Shown: positions 7,992 through 16,723 of the stretch, piece after piece
Layout of the letters: the number at the start of each line of letters is the position of its first letter
Position numbering within the stretch: the first letter of the stretch is position 1
Source: a virus
Taxonomy: Duplodnaviria; Caudoviricetes
IMG/VR virus record: IMGVR_UViG_3300037440_000402
Location: 1 to 39,353 of that record
Length of the DNA stretch: 39,353 nucleotides
Reading direction: 5' to 3' (one strand)
Position numbers and translations under genes: made by a program
The notes under the pieces: model-generated
What the model saw: only the letters and a program-made list of their open reading frames with translations
Databases searched by the model: none
Told to the model about the DNA's origin: nothing

Positions 7992-9620
7992 GTGGAGATC
8001 GCGCTTGAGGAGCGTGTAACCGGTAGTTGGAACCCTAACGACACCAAGACGCTGACACTGTCCGGTACCCCGGCGAGCGGGGACCTGATGGTGCTCCGGT
8101 TCGTCGCAGACTCGGTTCCGAGCACGCCCGCGGGATGGACCAGGGTTGACGGTGGCTACTCAGGCGGCACCACCGACACTGGCATATTCGCCCGGCTGGG
8201 CAACGGCAGTGTCAACTCGGTCACGCTGCCGGTTACCGCCGATGCGGTCGCGGTTCTGGACTGGTGGACTGGCAACGTATCCACCGCGATCGGTGATTGT
8301 GTCGACCAGACTGACGCGAACACCGGGGCGAGCACAGCAGGTCCGACCGGCACGACAGCACAAGCCGACGAGTTGGCGTTATTCGCTTACGGCGACGGCG
8401 GCAATTCAACCCTCGGCACATGGACCTCGTCGGACTCTGAGGACGCGGATCTCCAGTCACCGGGCGGCCCTGGCGGTGAGGTCAGCGGCGGGTTCTACTC
8501 CCGGACGCTGACCGCAACTGGAACTGTCTCGGGCAGTGCGACCGAGAGTAGTGGAACCGCTAGTAACCGTTCCGGTGTCGTTGTTACTTTCAATGCCGCA
8601 GCTGGTGGCATCACCGGAACCCTGGCGGTAACCCAAGATCCTCAGACTCTTACAGCTTCCGGATCGGTCACATCTACGGGCTCGCTCGCTAAGACTCAGG
8701 ACAACCAGACCCTGTCGGCGAGCGGCACTGTCACCTCGGTCGGCTCGCTCGCTGAGACTCAAGATGACCAGACCCTTGCCGCGTCCGGATCTAGCGGCAC
8801 CACGGTCACGGGCTCGCTCGCGGAGACGCAGGACGCTCAGACTCTCGCTGCATCCGGCACCATCACGTCTACCGGTTCGCTGGCCGAGACCCAGGATGCG
8901 CAGACCCTGGCGGCATCCGGGTACATCACCTCCACGGGTTCGCTCGCCGAAACTCAGGCCGATCAGACGCTAGCCGCGTCTGGCTCTGTCACGTCTACCG
9001 GTTCGCTCGCTGAGATTCAGGCGGACCAAACCTTGGCGGCGTCGGGTTCAGTCGGGGGTGCCATCACTGGCTCCCTGAGCGAGATTCAGGCAGACGACAC
9101 CCTGGTCGCGTCTGGCACTGTCACCTCGGTCGGCTCGCTCGCTGAGACTCAGGCGGACCAAACGCTCACCGCCAGTGGGCACATCACTTCGACAGGTAGT
9201 CTCGCTGAGACTCAGGCCAACCAGACACTAGCCGCGTCCGGCACTGTCGGCGACGTCTCCGTGGGCACCTTGGCAGAGACGCAGGCGGACCAGACCCTTG
9301 CCGCCTCGGGCGTTGTCATCTCGACCGGCAGCCTAGCGGAAACGCAGGCTGATCAGACCCTGGTCGCCAACGGTTCCGTGCAAGGGCCGGCCACCGGCAC
9401 CCTCTCGGTGACCCAGGCCGACCAGACGTTGGCTGCGACCGGCGTCGTCACTGTCACCGGCTCACTCGCCGTGACCCAGGCCGACCAGACATTGGCCGCC
9501 AACGGTTCGATTCCCGAAGGCGGAGCGCTCTCCACCCTGTTCGGTGAGGGCCACCGCGACGTGATCGGCAGCATCGACACGCCACCCACCCACAGCATCA
9601 TCGGACTCATCGTCCGCTGA
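7992..9620 (+). CDS. Repeat-rich fibre protein (putative head/collar fibre)
   Basis: N-terminal beta domain (GDLMVL...TPAGWT) then 14 copies of GSLAETQADQTLAASG-x5-7; located in head-neck region. Confidence 0.7.
   Translation: MEIALEERVTGSWNPNDTKTLTLSGTPASGDLMVLRFVADSVPSTPAGWTRVDGGYSGGTTDTGIFARLGNGSVNSVTLPVTADAVAVLDWWTGNVSTAIGDCVDQTDANTGASTAGPTGTTAQADELALFAYGDGGNSTLGTWTSSDSEDADLQSPGGPGGEVSGGFYSRTLTATGTVSGSATESSGTASNRSGVVVTFNAAAGGITGTLAVTQDPQTLTASGSVTSTGSLAKTQDNQTLSASGTVTSVGSLAETQDDQTLAASGSSGTTVTGSLAETQDAQTLAASGTITSTGSLAETQDAQTLAASGYITSTGSLAETQADQTLAASGSVTSTGSLAEIQADQTLAASGSVGGAITGSLSEIQADDTLVASGTVTSVGSLAETQADQTLTASGHITSTGSLAETQANQTLAASGTVGDVSVGTLAETQADQTLAASGVVISTGSLAETQADQTLVANGSVQGPATGTLSVTQADQTLAATGVVTVTGSLAVTQADQTLAANGSIPEGGALSTLFGEGHRDVIGSIDTPPTHSIIGLIVR
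8616..9510 (+). repeat. Intragenic tandem repeat, 14 units of 63-69 bp
   Basis: 21/23-aa units; exact 38-bp duplicate at 8724-8761 and 9114-9151. Confidence 0.9.
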
Positions 9621-9709
9621 GCGGTCACGAACGCCCGATAAGCGAACACGTCCGCTACGCTTAAGCCTTGTTAGGTCGTCTCGTCGAATGCAATCGGGAG
9701 GCCGGGAAC

Positions 9710-10756
9710 GTGGGCATTTGGTATGCCACGCGCGAGTCGGTAAAACGCGCCCTCGACGTGGCTGAAACCGCGAGGTCGAACGGGCAGATCGACCGGGCCA
9801 TCGAATCCGCCTCCCGCTCCGTCGAGGGCCTGACGAAACGCAAGTTCTACCCGCAGACCGCAACCCGCTATTTCGACTGGCCCGACCGCCGCCACTCTCG
9901 CACATATAGACTGTGGCTCGACGGCGACGAGCTCATCACCGTCGACACTCTCACTGCCGGCGGAGTCACCATCGCCAGCACCGACTATTTCCTCGAACCC
10001 GCCAACTCCGGCCCCCCGTACACGCACATAGAGATCGACCTCGCTTCGAGTGCGGTGTTCCAGTCTGACGACACGCACCAGCGGGCCATTGCCGTCACCG
10101 GAGTATTCGGTCACAGCGCGGACGAGCAGCAGGTCGGGGCGCTGTCGGCGGAACTCGCCGCCGACGAGGACGCCTCCGCGGCAGCCACATTCACCGAACA
10201 CATCGGGGTCGGCGACATCCTCCGCATCGACGACGAGCGGATGATCGTCACCCGTAAGACGATGGTCGACTCGACGCAAAACATCGGCGGGAACCTGACC
10301 GCCGCCAAGAATAACGAGACCGTACCGGTCACCGACGGCACGGCGTTCATCGAGGACATGATCATCCTGGTCGACGCCGAACGGATGCTCGTGGTCGACA
10401 TCGCCGGTAACAACCTGATCGTGAAGCGGGCGTGGGACGGTTCCACACTCGCTGCGCACACAACCGGCGCCGACATTTACACGTTGACCGGTGTTGAGCT
10501 CGACCGGGCCGCGGTCGGCACAACCCTGGCGGTGCACACCAACACCACCACGATCTACCGACACCTGGTACCGGGTCTGGCGCGTGAGCTGTGCATCGCC
10601 GAAGCGTTGAACACGATCGAGCAGGAGAGATCCTCCTACGGCCGCACCATCGGCACCGGGGAATCCGAACGCCTCGTCGGCGGCCGCGGATTGTCGGACA
10701 TCCGCGCCGAAGTCAGAACCAAGTTCGGCCGCAAGGCCCGGACGGGAGCCGTGTGA
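9710..10756 (+). CDS. Head-to-tail adaptor with inserted beta domains
   Basis: YATRESVKRAL...AIESASRSVEGLTKRKF adaptor N-terminus; ggagg RBS before GTG 9710. Confidence 0.75.
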   Translation: MGIWYATRESVKRALDVAETARSNGQIDRAIESASRSVEGLTKRKFYPQTATRYFDWPDRRHSRTYRLWLDGDELITVDTLTAGGVTIASTDYFLEPANSGPPYTHIEIDLASSAVFQSDDTHQRAIAVTGVFGHSADEQQVGALSAELAADEDASAAATFTEHIGVGDILRIDDERMIVTRKTMVDSTQNIGGNLTAAKNNETVPVTDGTAFIEDMIILVDAERMLVVDIAGNNLIVKRAWDGSTLAAHTTGADIYTLTGVELDRAAVGTTLAVHTNTTTIYRHLVPGLARELCIAEALNTIEQERSSYGRTIGTGESERLVGGRGLSDIRAEVRTKFGRKARTGAV

Positions 10757-11013
10757 TGATGTTCACCGCTGACGTGATCACGATCCATCAGCCACCGCTG
10801 TTGGCGCACCGTGAGGAGACCCTCGACTGGGTCCGCGCACATGATCTGAACCCCAACCTCGTGCTGTCCGTGAGGGTCGTTGGCCCCTTCATGCGTGCCC
10901 GCGAATGCCTAGTCAGCCAGACAGGCCGGAAATTCATCCGCGGTAACGATTTCGCGATGCGTACCCGATGGGTACGTCTGCGTCGCCGTCCACCTCGGAC
11001 GGGGGCGGTGTAG
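10756..11013 (+). CDS. Hypothetical protein (inserted cassette)
   Basis: TGATG coupling; ends in RTGAV like the upstream gene. Confidence 0.55.
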   Translation: MMFTADVITIHQPPLLAHREETLDWVRAHDLNPNLVLSVRVVGPFMRARECLVSQTGRKFIRGNDFAMRTRWVRLRRRPPRTGAV

Positions 11014-11406
11014 ATGGCCACCTCGCATGTTCAGGTCGAAACCCGCGGGGCGCTGTTCACCGGGCAGGCATCCCGAGATGTTCGTAAGATGCTGGATCAG
11101 ACCAAGGAAGAGATTGCGAAAGCTGGTGAACAGCAGATAAGGATGCGGCTCGGCCAAGTCCTCAAGAACCCCACCGGACACTACCAATCGCAGATCCACA
11201 CCAAGGCGCTCGGCCGGTTTGCCGACCAGCTCATCACCGACGGCGGTGTCATCTACGGGCCGTGGCTCGAGACCGGCAAGTACACGCCGCCGCGCCGGTT
11301 CAAGGGTTATAACACGTTCCGCCGGGTCACCGGCAGGTTGCGCCGCTGGTGGATACCCGTCACGCAACGACGGGTCGACCAGCTGATTGGCCGGTGGAAC
11401 TCGTGA
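11014..11406 (+). CDS. Neck/tail-completion protein (HK97 gp10-like)
   Basis: PTGHYQSQI...YGPWLETG motif, basic C-terminus. Confidence 0.7.
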   Translation: MATSHVQVETRGALFTGQASRDVRKMLDQTKEEIAKAGEQQIRMRLGQVLKNPTGHYQSQIHTKALGRFADQLITDGGVIYGPWLETGKYTPPRRFKGYNTFRRVTGRLRRWWIPVTQRRVDQLIGRWNS

Positions 11407-11861
11407 CCCTCGACGTTCGCGCCATCCTCAACGCGATGACTTCGCACGCCATGACCCTCGGCCAGTTCGACCGGGTTGCTGGCCACGAACCGAAGAACGC
11501 CCCCGGCAGCGGACTGTGGGCGGCGATGTTTCTCGGCGACGGTGAGGCCGTCGGTGAGGTGTCCGGGTTGGACAAGGCCAGCGGCCGGGTCGAAGTGCAG
11601 ATCCGCATCACGCAGAACATGCTGACCGAACCGATGGACGACATCGACCCGAAGATCGCTGGGGCGATCGATGCGTTGATGACTGTCTACTGTGCCGATT
11701 TCACTTTGGGTGGGCTGGTTCGCAACGTCGACGTGTTCGGGCAGACCGGTCCCGCCTTGGGTTGGCGGGCCGGCTACCTGGAGCAGGATCACAAGATGTA
11801 CCGGGCTTTCGACGTCACGGTGCCGATGATCGTCAACGATTTGTGGGAGTTGTCGCCGTAA
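11403..11861 (+). CDS. Tail terminator protein (putative)
   Basis: Position and size; DFTLGGLV motif; GTGA coupling. Confidence 0.65.
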   Translation: MTLDVRAILNAMTSHAMTLGQFDRVAGHEPKNAPGSGLWAAMFLGDGEAVGEVSGLDKASGRVEVQIRITQNMLTEPMDDIDPKIAGAIDALMTVYCADFTLGGLVRNVDVFGQTGPALGWRAGYLEQDHKMYRAFDVTVPMIVNDLWELSP

Positions 11862-12118
11862 TGGAAGAGACCGTGATCGAGGTCAAGCTCGAAGCGCTGG
11901 CCCGGTCGATGGAGACCGGCTTCCAGCGGGTGCACACCGACATCGGCGAACTCAAGGCTGACATGAAGGTCATCAACTCGGTGGGGATCGAGCGCCGTTT
12001 GGACAAGTTGGAAAAGTGGCGGGACGGCCTGTCGACCCGGCTGTGGGCGTTCATGGTCGGCGGCGCGGTGGCCGTGCTGGCGGCGTGGTCGTCGGTGCTG
12101 TTCGAGAGGAGCAACTGA
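11861..12118 (+). CDS. Coiled-coil protein with C-terminal TM helix (XhlA-like topology)
   Basis: ERRLDKLEKW...LWAFMVGGAVAVLAAWSSVLF. Confidence 0.6.
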   Translation: MEETVIEVKLEALARSMETGFQRVHTDIGELKADMKVINSVGIERRLDKLEKWRDGLSTRLWAFMVGGAVAVLAAWSSVLFERSN

Positions 12119-12120
12119 TC

Positions 12121-12858
12121 ATGACTAAGACTTCGGGCCTGGGTGATGGGCTGCTGATCGACGGGGTCGACCTGTCTGGCGACACCGGCGGGCTCGGCGC
12201 CATCGGATCGTCCCGGCCCACCACCAACGTGACCGGCATCGACAAATCCGCCCAAGAACGCGTACACCTGACCAAGAACGGGCGGATCGAATGGCAATCC
12301 TGGTTCAACCCGGCCGCAGCCGCCGCGCACGCCGAATTGTCGACCTTACCGCTCACTGACCGGATCGCCACGTACCTCCGCGGCCGCGCCCTCGGCAACC
12401 CGGCCGCGAGCATGGTCGGCAAACAGATCAACTACGACCCCAGCCGCAACGCCGACGGATCGCTGAACATCGCCGTGCAAGCCCAGTCCAACGGATACGG
12501 GCTCGAATGGGGACGACAACTCACCGACGGCCTGGAAGCATTCACCGGGGCCGCGAACGGTGACCCGGTCGACTTCACCGCGCAAACTCTGTTCGGGCTG
12601 CAGGCGTACCTGCAGGTACTGGCGTTCAGCGGCACCAGCGTCACGGTCACCATCGAGGATTCGGCTGACGGCTCCACCGGCTGGGCCGCGGTGACCGGCG
12701 CCGCGTTCCCCGCTGCGAACGGAGTCTCTGCGGCCCGCATCCAGACCGCCCGCGACCAGACGGTACGCCAACATCTGCGGGTCGCGCTCACTGGAACGTT
12801 CGCTTCTGCGACGCTATCGGTCGCGGTCACCAAGAACACCCATGAGGTGCTGCTGTGA
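12121..12858 (+). CDS. Tail tube-like protein with C-terminal beta-sandwich extension
   Basis: GVDLSGD...NVTGIDKSAQERV tube-like N-half; similar to 13433-13822. Confidence 0.6.
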   Translation: MTKTSGLGDGLLIDGVDLSGDTGGLGAIGSSRPTTNVTGIDKSAQERVHLTKNGRIEWQSWFNPAAAAAHAELSTLPLTDRIATYLRGRALGNPAASMVGKQINYDPSRNADGSLNIAVQAQSNGYGLEWGRQLTDGLEAFTGAANGDPVDFTAQTLFGLQAYLQVLAFSGTSVTVTIEDSADGSTGWAAVTGAAFPAANGVSAARIQTARDQTVRQHLRVALTGTFASATLSVAVTKNTHEVLL

Positions 12859-12959
12859 TGAAGGAACACCTGAACGATCTCATCTTTGCGGTGCTGGTGC
12901 CGATCCTGGTCGGACTGGGATTGACCGCGATCCTTTACGTGTTGGTTGAGGGGATCTGA
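12858..12959 (+). CDS. 33-aa single-TM protein
   Basis: MKEHLNDLIFAVLVPILVGLGLTAILYVLVEGI, TGATG-coupled at both ends. Confidence 0.5.
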   Translation: MKEHLNDLIFAVLVPILVGLGLTAILYVLVEGI

Positions 12960-13429
12960 TGCCCACCATCACCCGCGGGAACGCCGCGAGCTTCCGCCGC
13001 CCGCTGAGCCGCCCGGAGCCTGTCCTGCCCGCGTCCGCGATGAAGACCTACTCGGTCGTTGCGCCGCTGGACACCCACTGGCGGCCGGCGTCGTGCGAGC
13101 AGGCGGGTTGTCTCGCGCACCACAACGGCTTCACAACGTCCGTGGACGAGTCGACGGCCCTCGGTGCCCGGCAGGCCGCATACGTCCGCCAGCGGGCCGG
13201 TAGGCCGTTCCGCGAGACCCGCGAAGGCGGCCTGACGGTGTTCACGTTCTCGCCGGGCACCGAGTGTTTTACCCAGCACCAGACGCGCCGATCGAGGCCG
13301 CCGCTGTATGTGGTGCGTAGCGGCGACTGGCGGTCGTATCTCGGCCGCCCGCAAGTCCACTCCTCACCTGAGGTTTGGGTCGACGACTTCGCCAGCCACC
13401 AGGACCGGCTGGCCAAAGTAAGGAGCTAG
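12959..13429 (+). CDS. Hypothetical protein in tail module (Cys/His motifs)
   Basis: 156-aa coupled ORF; CEQAGC and CFTQH. Confidence 0.65.
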   Translation: MPTITRGNAASFRRPLSRPEPVLPASAMKTYSVVAPLDTHWRPASCEQAGCLAHHNGFTTSVDESTALGARQAAYVRQRAGRPFRETREGGLTVFTFSPGTECFTQHQTRRSRPPLYVVRSGDWRSYLGRPQVHSSPEVWVDDFASHQDRLAKVRS

Positions 13430-13432
13430 ATC

Positions 13433-13822
13433 ATGGCCAAGGAAGCAGGCTTCCCGTTCCAGGTGCAGGTGGACGACGGGACACCGACGTTGCAGGACAT
13501 CTCGAATGACGTGACAAATTTCTCATTTGCCACGCCGAGGGGCGTTCAGGACGTCACCGGGGTGGACAAGAGTGCGATGGAGCGGCTGCTGCTGCTCGCG
13601 GACTTCAGCCTGACCCTCAACGGGGTGTTCAACGACGCCCTGTCGCACCTGGTGTTCGACACGCTCGACGGGGAGCGTTCCGTCGAGCTGACCGTGTCGG
13701 GTCAGTCGCTGGACAACGAGTGCCTACTCACCGACTACGCCCTGACGCGCAACCAGGACGGCTCGCTGACCTGGTCGGTGCCAGGCGTCCTCGCAGACGG
13801 CACCGTCCCGACGTGGACCTAG
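13433..13822 (+). CDS. Major tail tube protein (putative)
   Basis: DISNDVTNFSF...DVTGVDKSAMERL...WSVPGVLADGTVPTWT; aaggag RBS; precedes chaperone and tape measure. Confidence 0.7.
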   Translation: MAKEAGFPFQVQVDDGTPTLQDISNDVTNFSFATPRGVQDVTGVDKSAMERLLLLADFSLTLNGVFNDALSHLVFDTLDGERSVELTVSGQSLDNECLLTDYALTRNQDGSLTWSVPGVLADGTVPTWT

Positions 13823-13965
13823 TGGTTGACGTAGCCGGATACGCGGCTGCGGGGATCGCTGTGCTTGCGGGCGGACAAGATCGCGTGAGTTACGGCTAGC
13901 CGGATGATCCCGTACTGGATGGCCAGGCCGATGAGCAGAACCAGCAGATAGAACAGTAGGTCCAT
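13819..13965 (-). CDS. Antisense moron, small membrane protein
   Basis: gggaggtg RBS; MDLLFYLLVLLIGLAIQYGIIRLAVTHAI...; AT-richer upstream region. Confidence 0.65.
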   Translation of the reverse strand: MDLLFYLLVLLIGLAIQYGIIRLAVTHAILSARKHSDPRSRVSGYVNH

Positions 13966-14016
13966 GATGCACCTCCCCCTACTAGTCAATCTGCTCTCGA
14001 TGAAGGGAATTGTCAA

Positions 14017-14409
14017 ATGGGCTTTGAGGTACCAGAACCGCGGCATGTGCGGCTCGTATTCACAGACCCGTCCTACAAGGGCCTAGAGGTTATGTGTCGG
14101 CTGGTGCCGGTCGGGCAGCTATCCGAGGCCGCGAGCCTGGCGGACGTCGACCCGAAAGCCATCCGCCCGGAGGACGCAGAGAAGGTGCAACGCCTGATTG
14201 ACGCGTTCGCCGGGGCGCTGGTGTCGTGGAACCTGACCCGCAAGGGCCGCAAGGTGCCGGCCACCCCCAAGGGTGTGGACTCGCTCGACCTTCTCTTCAC
14301 CATGCAGCTGATCGAGGCGTGGTTGAGCGCGGTCGGCCAGGTGATCGCCGAGCAGGCGCAGGGTGATGCGGAGCTGGCGGAGACGCTGCAAACAGAACCG
14401 CTCGGCTAG
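14017..14409 (+). CDS. Tail assembly chaperone
   Basis: LVSWNL...VPAT motif; directly before tape measure. Confidence 0.7.
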   Translation: MGFEVPEPRHVRLVFTDPSYKGLEVMCRLVPVGQLSEAASLADVDPKAIRPEDAEKVQRLIDAFAGALVSWNLTRKGRKVPATPKGVDSLDLLFTMQLIEAWLSAVGQVIAEQAQGDAELAETLQTEPLG

Positions 14410-14452
14410 ATACGCGGGACGGAGGCGATCCGAGGGAGGGAGGTGAGGGCCA

Positions 14453-16723
14453 GTGGCTAACGAGGTGCGGATCACCGTCACTTCGCGGGATAAGTCGGCG
14501 GCAGGATTCCAGTCCGCCCGCAAGCATGCCGACGAGTTCGGCAGTTCGACAAAGCGGGTCGGTGAGATCGCCGGCGGCATTCTCGCCTCCCAGGTGTTCG
14601 AGCGGATCGCCTCGGCGGCCGTGCAGGCGTTCACCTCCACGATCAACGCCGCATCCAACCTGAACGAGTCGATCAACGCCACCGGGGTCACATTCGGTGC
14701 TGCTGGTGACCAGATCCTCACCATCGGCGAAACCGCCGACCAGGCGATGGGCCTGTCACAGCGGGCGTTCAACGAGGCCGCCGTCCGGTTCTCCGCGTTC
14801 GCCAAGACAATCGCCGGTGACGGCGGCAATGTTGCCAATGTTGTGCAGGACATCACCCAACGGGCGTCTGATTTCGCCTCGGTGATGAACCTGGACGTCG
14901 AGGAGGCGTTACGGCTGTTCCAGTCCGGCTTGGCCGGCGAGTCCGAACCATTACGCCGCTACGGCATCGACGTGTCCGCAGCCGCGGTCAACACATTTGC
15001 CTACGCCAACGGGATCGCCGAAGCCGGTCGGCAACTCACCGAGACCGAGAAGGTCCAGGCCCGCTACGGCCTGATCATGGAGCAGACCTCGGCCACATCC
15101 GGCGACTTCGCCAACACGTCGGATGATCTGGCGAACGCGCAGCGCATCCTGTCGGCCGAGCTCGAGAATATGCAGGCCCAATTAGGCCAAAACCTGCTGC
15201 CTGTTCTGGCATCCGCTACGGGGTTCGTCACCGACCTGGTCGTAGGGTTCAGTAATCTGCCGAAGCCGGTGCAGACCGCCGCCGGTGTCATCGCCGGTTT
15301 GACTGTCGCGTTGGGTGCCGCCGCTGGCGCCGCCCGATTGCTGAACGTCAGCCTCATCGCAGTTGCCGCCAACCCGATCGTGCTCGCCGCCACCGCAACG
15401 GTCGGTGTCGCTGCCGCTACCCTCGCCCAGTTCGGTCATGAGGCCCGGAACGCCGAGATTAGCATCGCCGGGCTGCGGGCCACGCTGGATGAGACAACGG
15501 GTGCGGTCACCACATCCACCCGAGAATGGGTGGCCAACCGACTCGTCACCGAAGGCTTAGCCGACGACGCCCGCAAACTCGGCATCGACCTCAACCTCTT
15601 GACCGACGCGTATTTGGGCGACGCCGCTGCATCCTCAGAGGTTCGCCGCAGACTCGAAGAACTTCGCCCCGAGATCGGTCTCGCCGAACTCGCCACCTTC
15701 GGCCTCACCCACGCTTTGGATGATGGGGAACAGGCCCGCCGGCGAATTGTCAACGACCTGGATGAACAGGTCCCGCTGCTCGAAGAGGCCCAGCAGGGAC
15801 AACTGAATTACGCCGCCGCAGCCGAGGAGAGTACCGGCGCCACTGAGGGCGCTTCGGGGGCGATGCGCGACTTCGACTCCGAGATCGCGGACACGAACAC
15901 CGAACTCGACGCGCAGAACCAGATCCTCAGCGACCTGTACAACAACCTGTTCGCCATCGAGAACCAGATCCTCAGTACGCGTGACGCTGAGCGGGGGCTC
16001 GAAGCGGCGATCGACGCGGCGTCGGAGGCCGTCTCGGCGAACGGAGAGACGCTAGACCGCAACACCGAGGAAGGGCGTGCGAACGAGGCCGCCCTGGACG
16101 ACATTGCGTCGTCCGCGCACAAACTCGCAGAGCAGCAGCTGGAGGCCGGCGAGTCCGGGGACACTATGCGCGGCTCAATGAGACGGGCTCGCGAGCAGTT
16201 CATCAAGACCGCCGAGTCGATGGGCATGGCTGAGGAGGACGCCGAGGCGCTCGCCGACAAGCTGGGGCTGATCCCGTCCGAGGTCAAAACCACCGCGAAG
16301 TTCCGCGATACCACTCAGGCGCAGATCGCCGACCTTGAGCGCCGGCTCAATATTCTGACCCGGAGCCGTGAGATCAACATCCGGATCAACCAGTTCACCG
16401 GCACGACCCAGTTCGGTGGTCAGATAGCCACCGGTGGCATCATCGGCGCCGAGCGCGGCATGCAGGGTGGCGGGATCTCCGGCGCTTCGAGCCGCATCCT
16501 GGTCGGTGAGCACCGCCCCGAGGTGGTGGAGCTGCCGGTCGGCTCGCGGGTTATCCCGTCGGTGGATCAGGCGATGGACCGCGGCCAGGCCGGCGGGAGT
16601 GGCGGGCCGGTGGCGATCGAGTTGCATTCCGGCGGCACCCGGCTAGACGACCTGCTACTTGAGGTGCTGCGTAACTCGATCCGCGTCCGCGGCGGCACCG
16701 TGCAGACTGTGCTGGGGTCCTGA
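14453..16723 (+). CDS. Tape measure protein
   Basis: 756 aa Ala-rich helical; ASNLNES, GESEPLRRYGI, GDFANTS, C-terminal VGEHRPEVV motifs. Confidence 0.92.
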   Translation: MANEVRITVTSRDKSAAGFQSARKHADEFGSSTKRVGEIAGGILASQVFERIASAAVQAFTSTINAASNLNESINATGVTFGAAGDQILTIGETADQAMGLSQRAFNEAAVRFSAFAKTIAGDGGNVANVVQDITQRASDFASVMNLDVEEALRLFQSGLAGESEPLRRYGIDVSAAAVNTFAYANGIAEAGRQLTETEKVQARYGLIMEQTSATSGDFANTSDDLANAQRILSAELENMQAQLGQNLLPVLASATGFVTDLVVGFSNLPKPVQTAAGVIAGLTVALGAAAGAARLLNVSLIAVAANPIVLAATATVGVAAATLAQFGHEARNAEISIAGLRATLDETTGAVTTSTREWVANRLVTEGLADDARKLGIDLNLLTDAYLGDAAASSEVRRRLEELRPEIGLAELATFGLTHALDDGEQARRRIVNDLDEQVPLLEEAQQGQLNYAAAAEESTGATEGASGAMRDFDSEIADTNTELDAQNQILSDLYNNLFAIENQILSTRDAERGLEAAIDAASEAVSANGETLDRNTEEGRANEAALDDIASSAHKLAEQQLEAGESGDTMRGSMRRAREQFIKTAESMGMAEEDAEALADKLGLIPSEVKTTAKFRDTTQAQIADLERRLNILTRSREINIRINQFTGTTQFGGQIATGGIIGAERGMQGGGISGASSRILVGEHRPEVVELPVGSRVIPSVDQAMDRGQAGGSGGPVAIELHSGGTRLDDLLLEVLRNSIRVRGGTVQTVLGS

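Noticed and set aside
8616-9510. CRISPR array or DGR template/variable repeats
   Set aside because: Repeats are in-frame coding units without unique spacers; no cas or reverse transcriptase gene in the genome
4765-10564. Long antisense ORFs (e.g. 4765-5739, 6943-7950, 9671-10564)
   Set aside because: Shadow ORFs of high-GC coding sequence opposite well-supported genes
14390-14452. Programmed -1 frameshift of the tail chaperone
   Set aside because: No clear slippery heptamer near the 3' end and no room for an extended product before the tape measure
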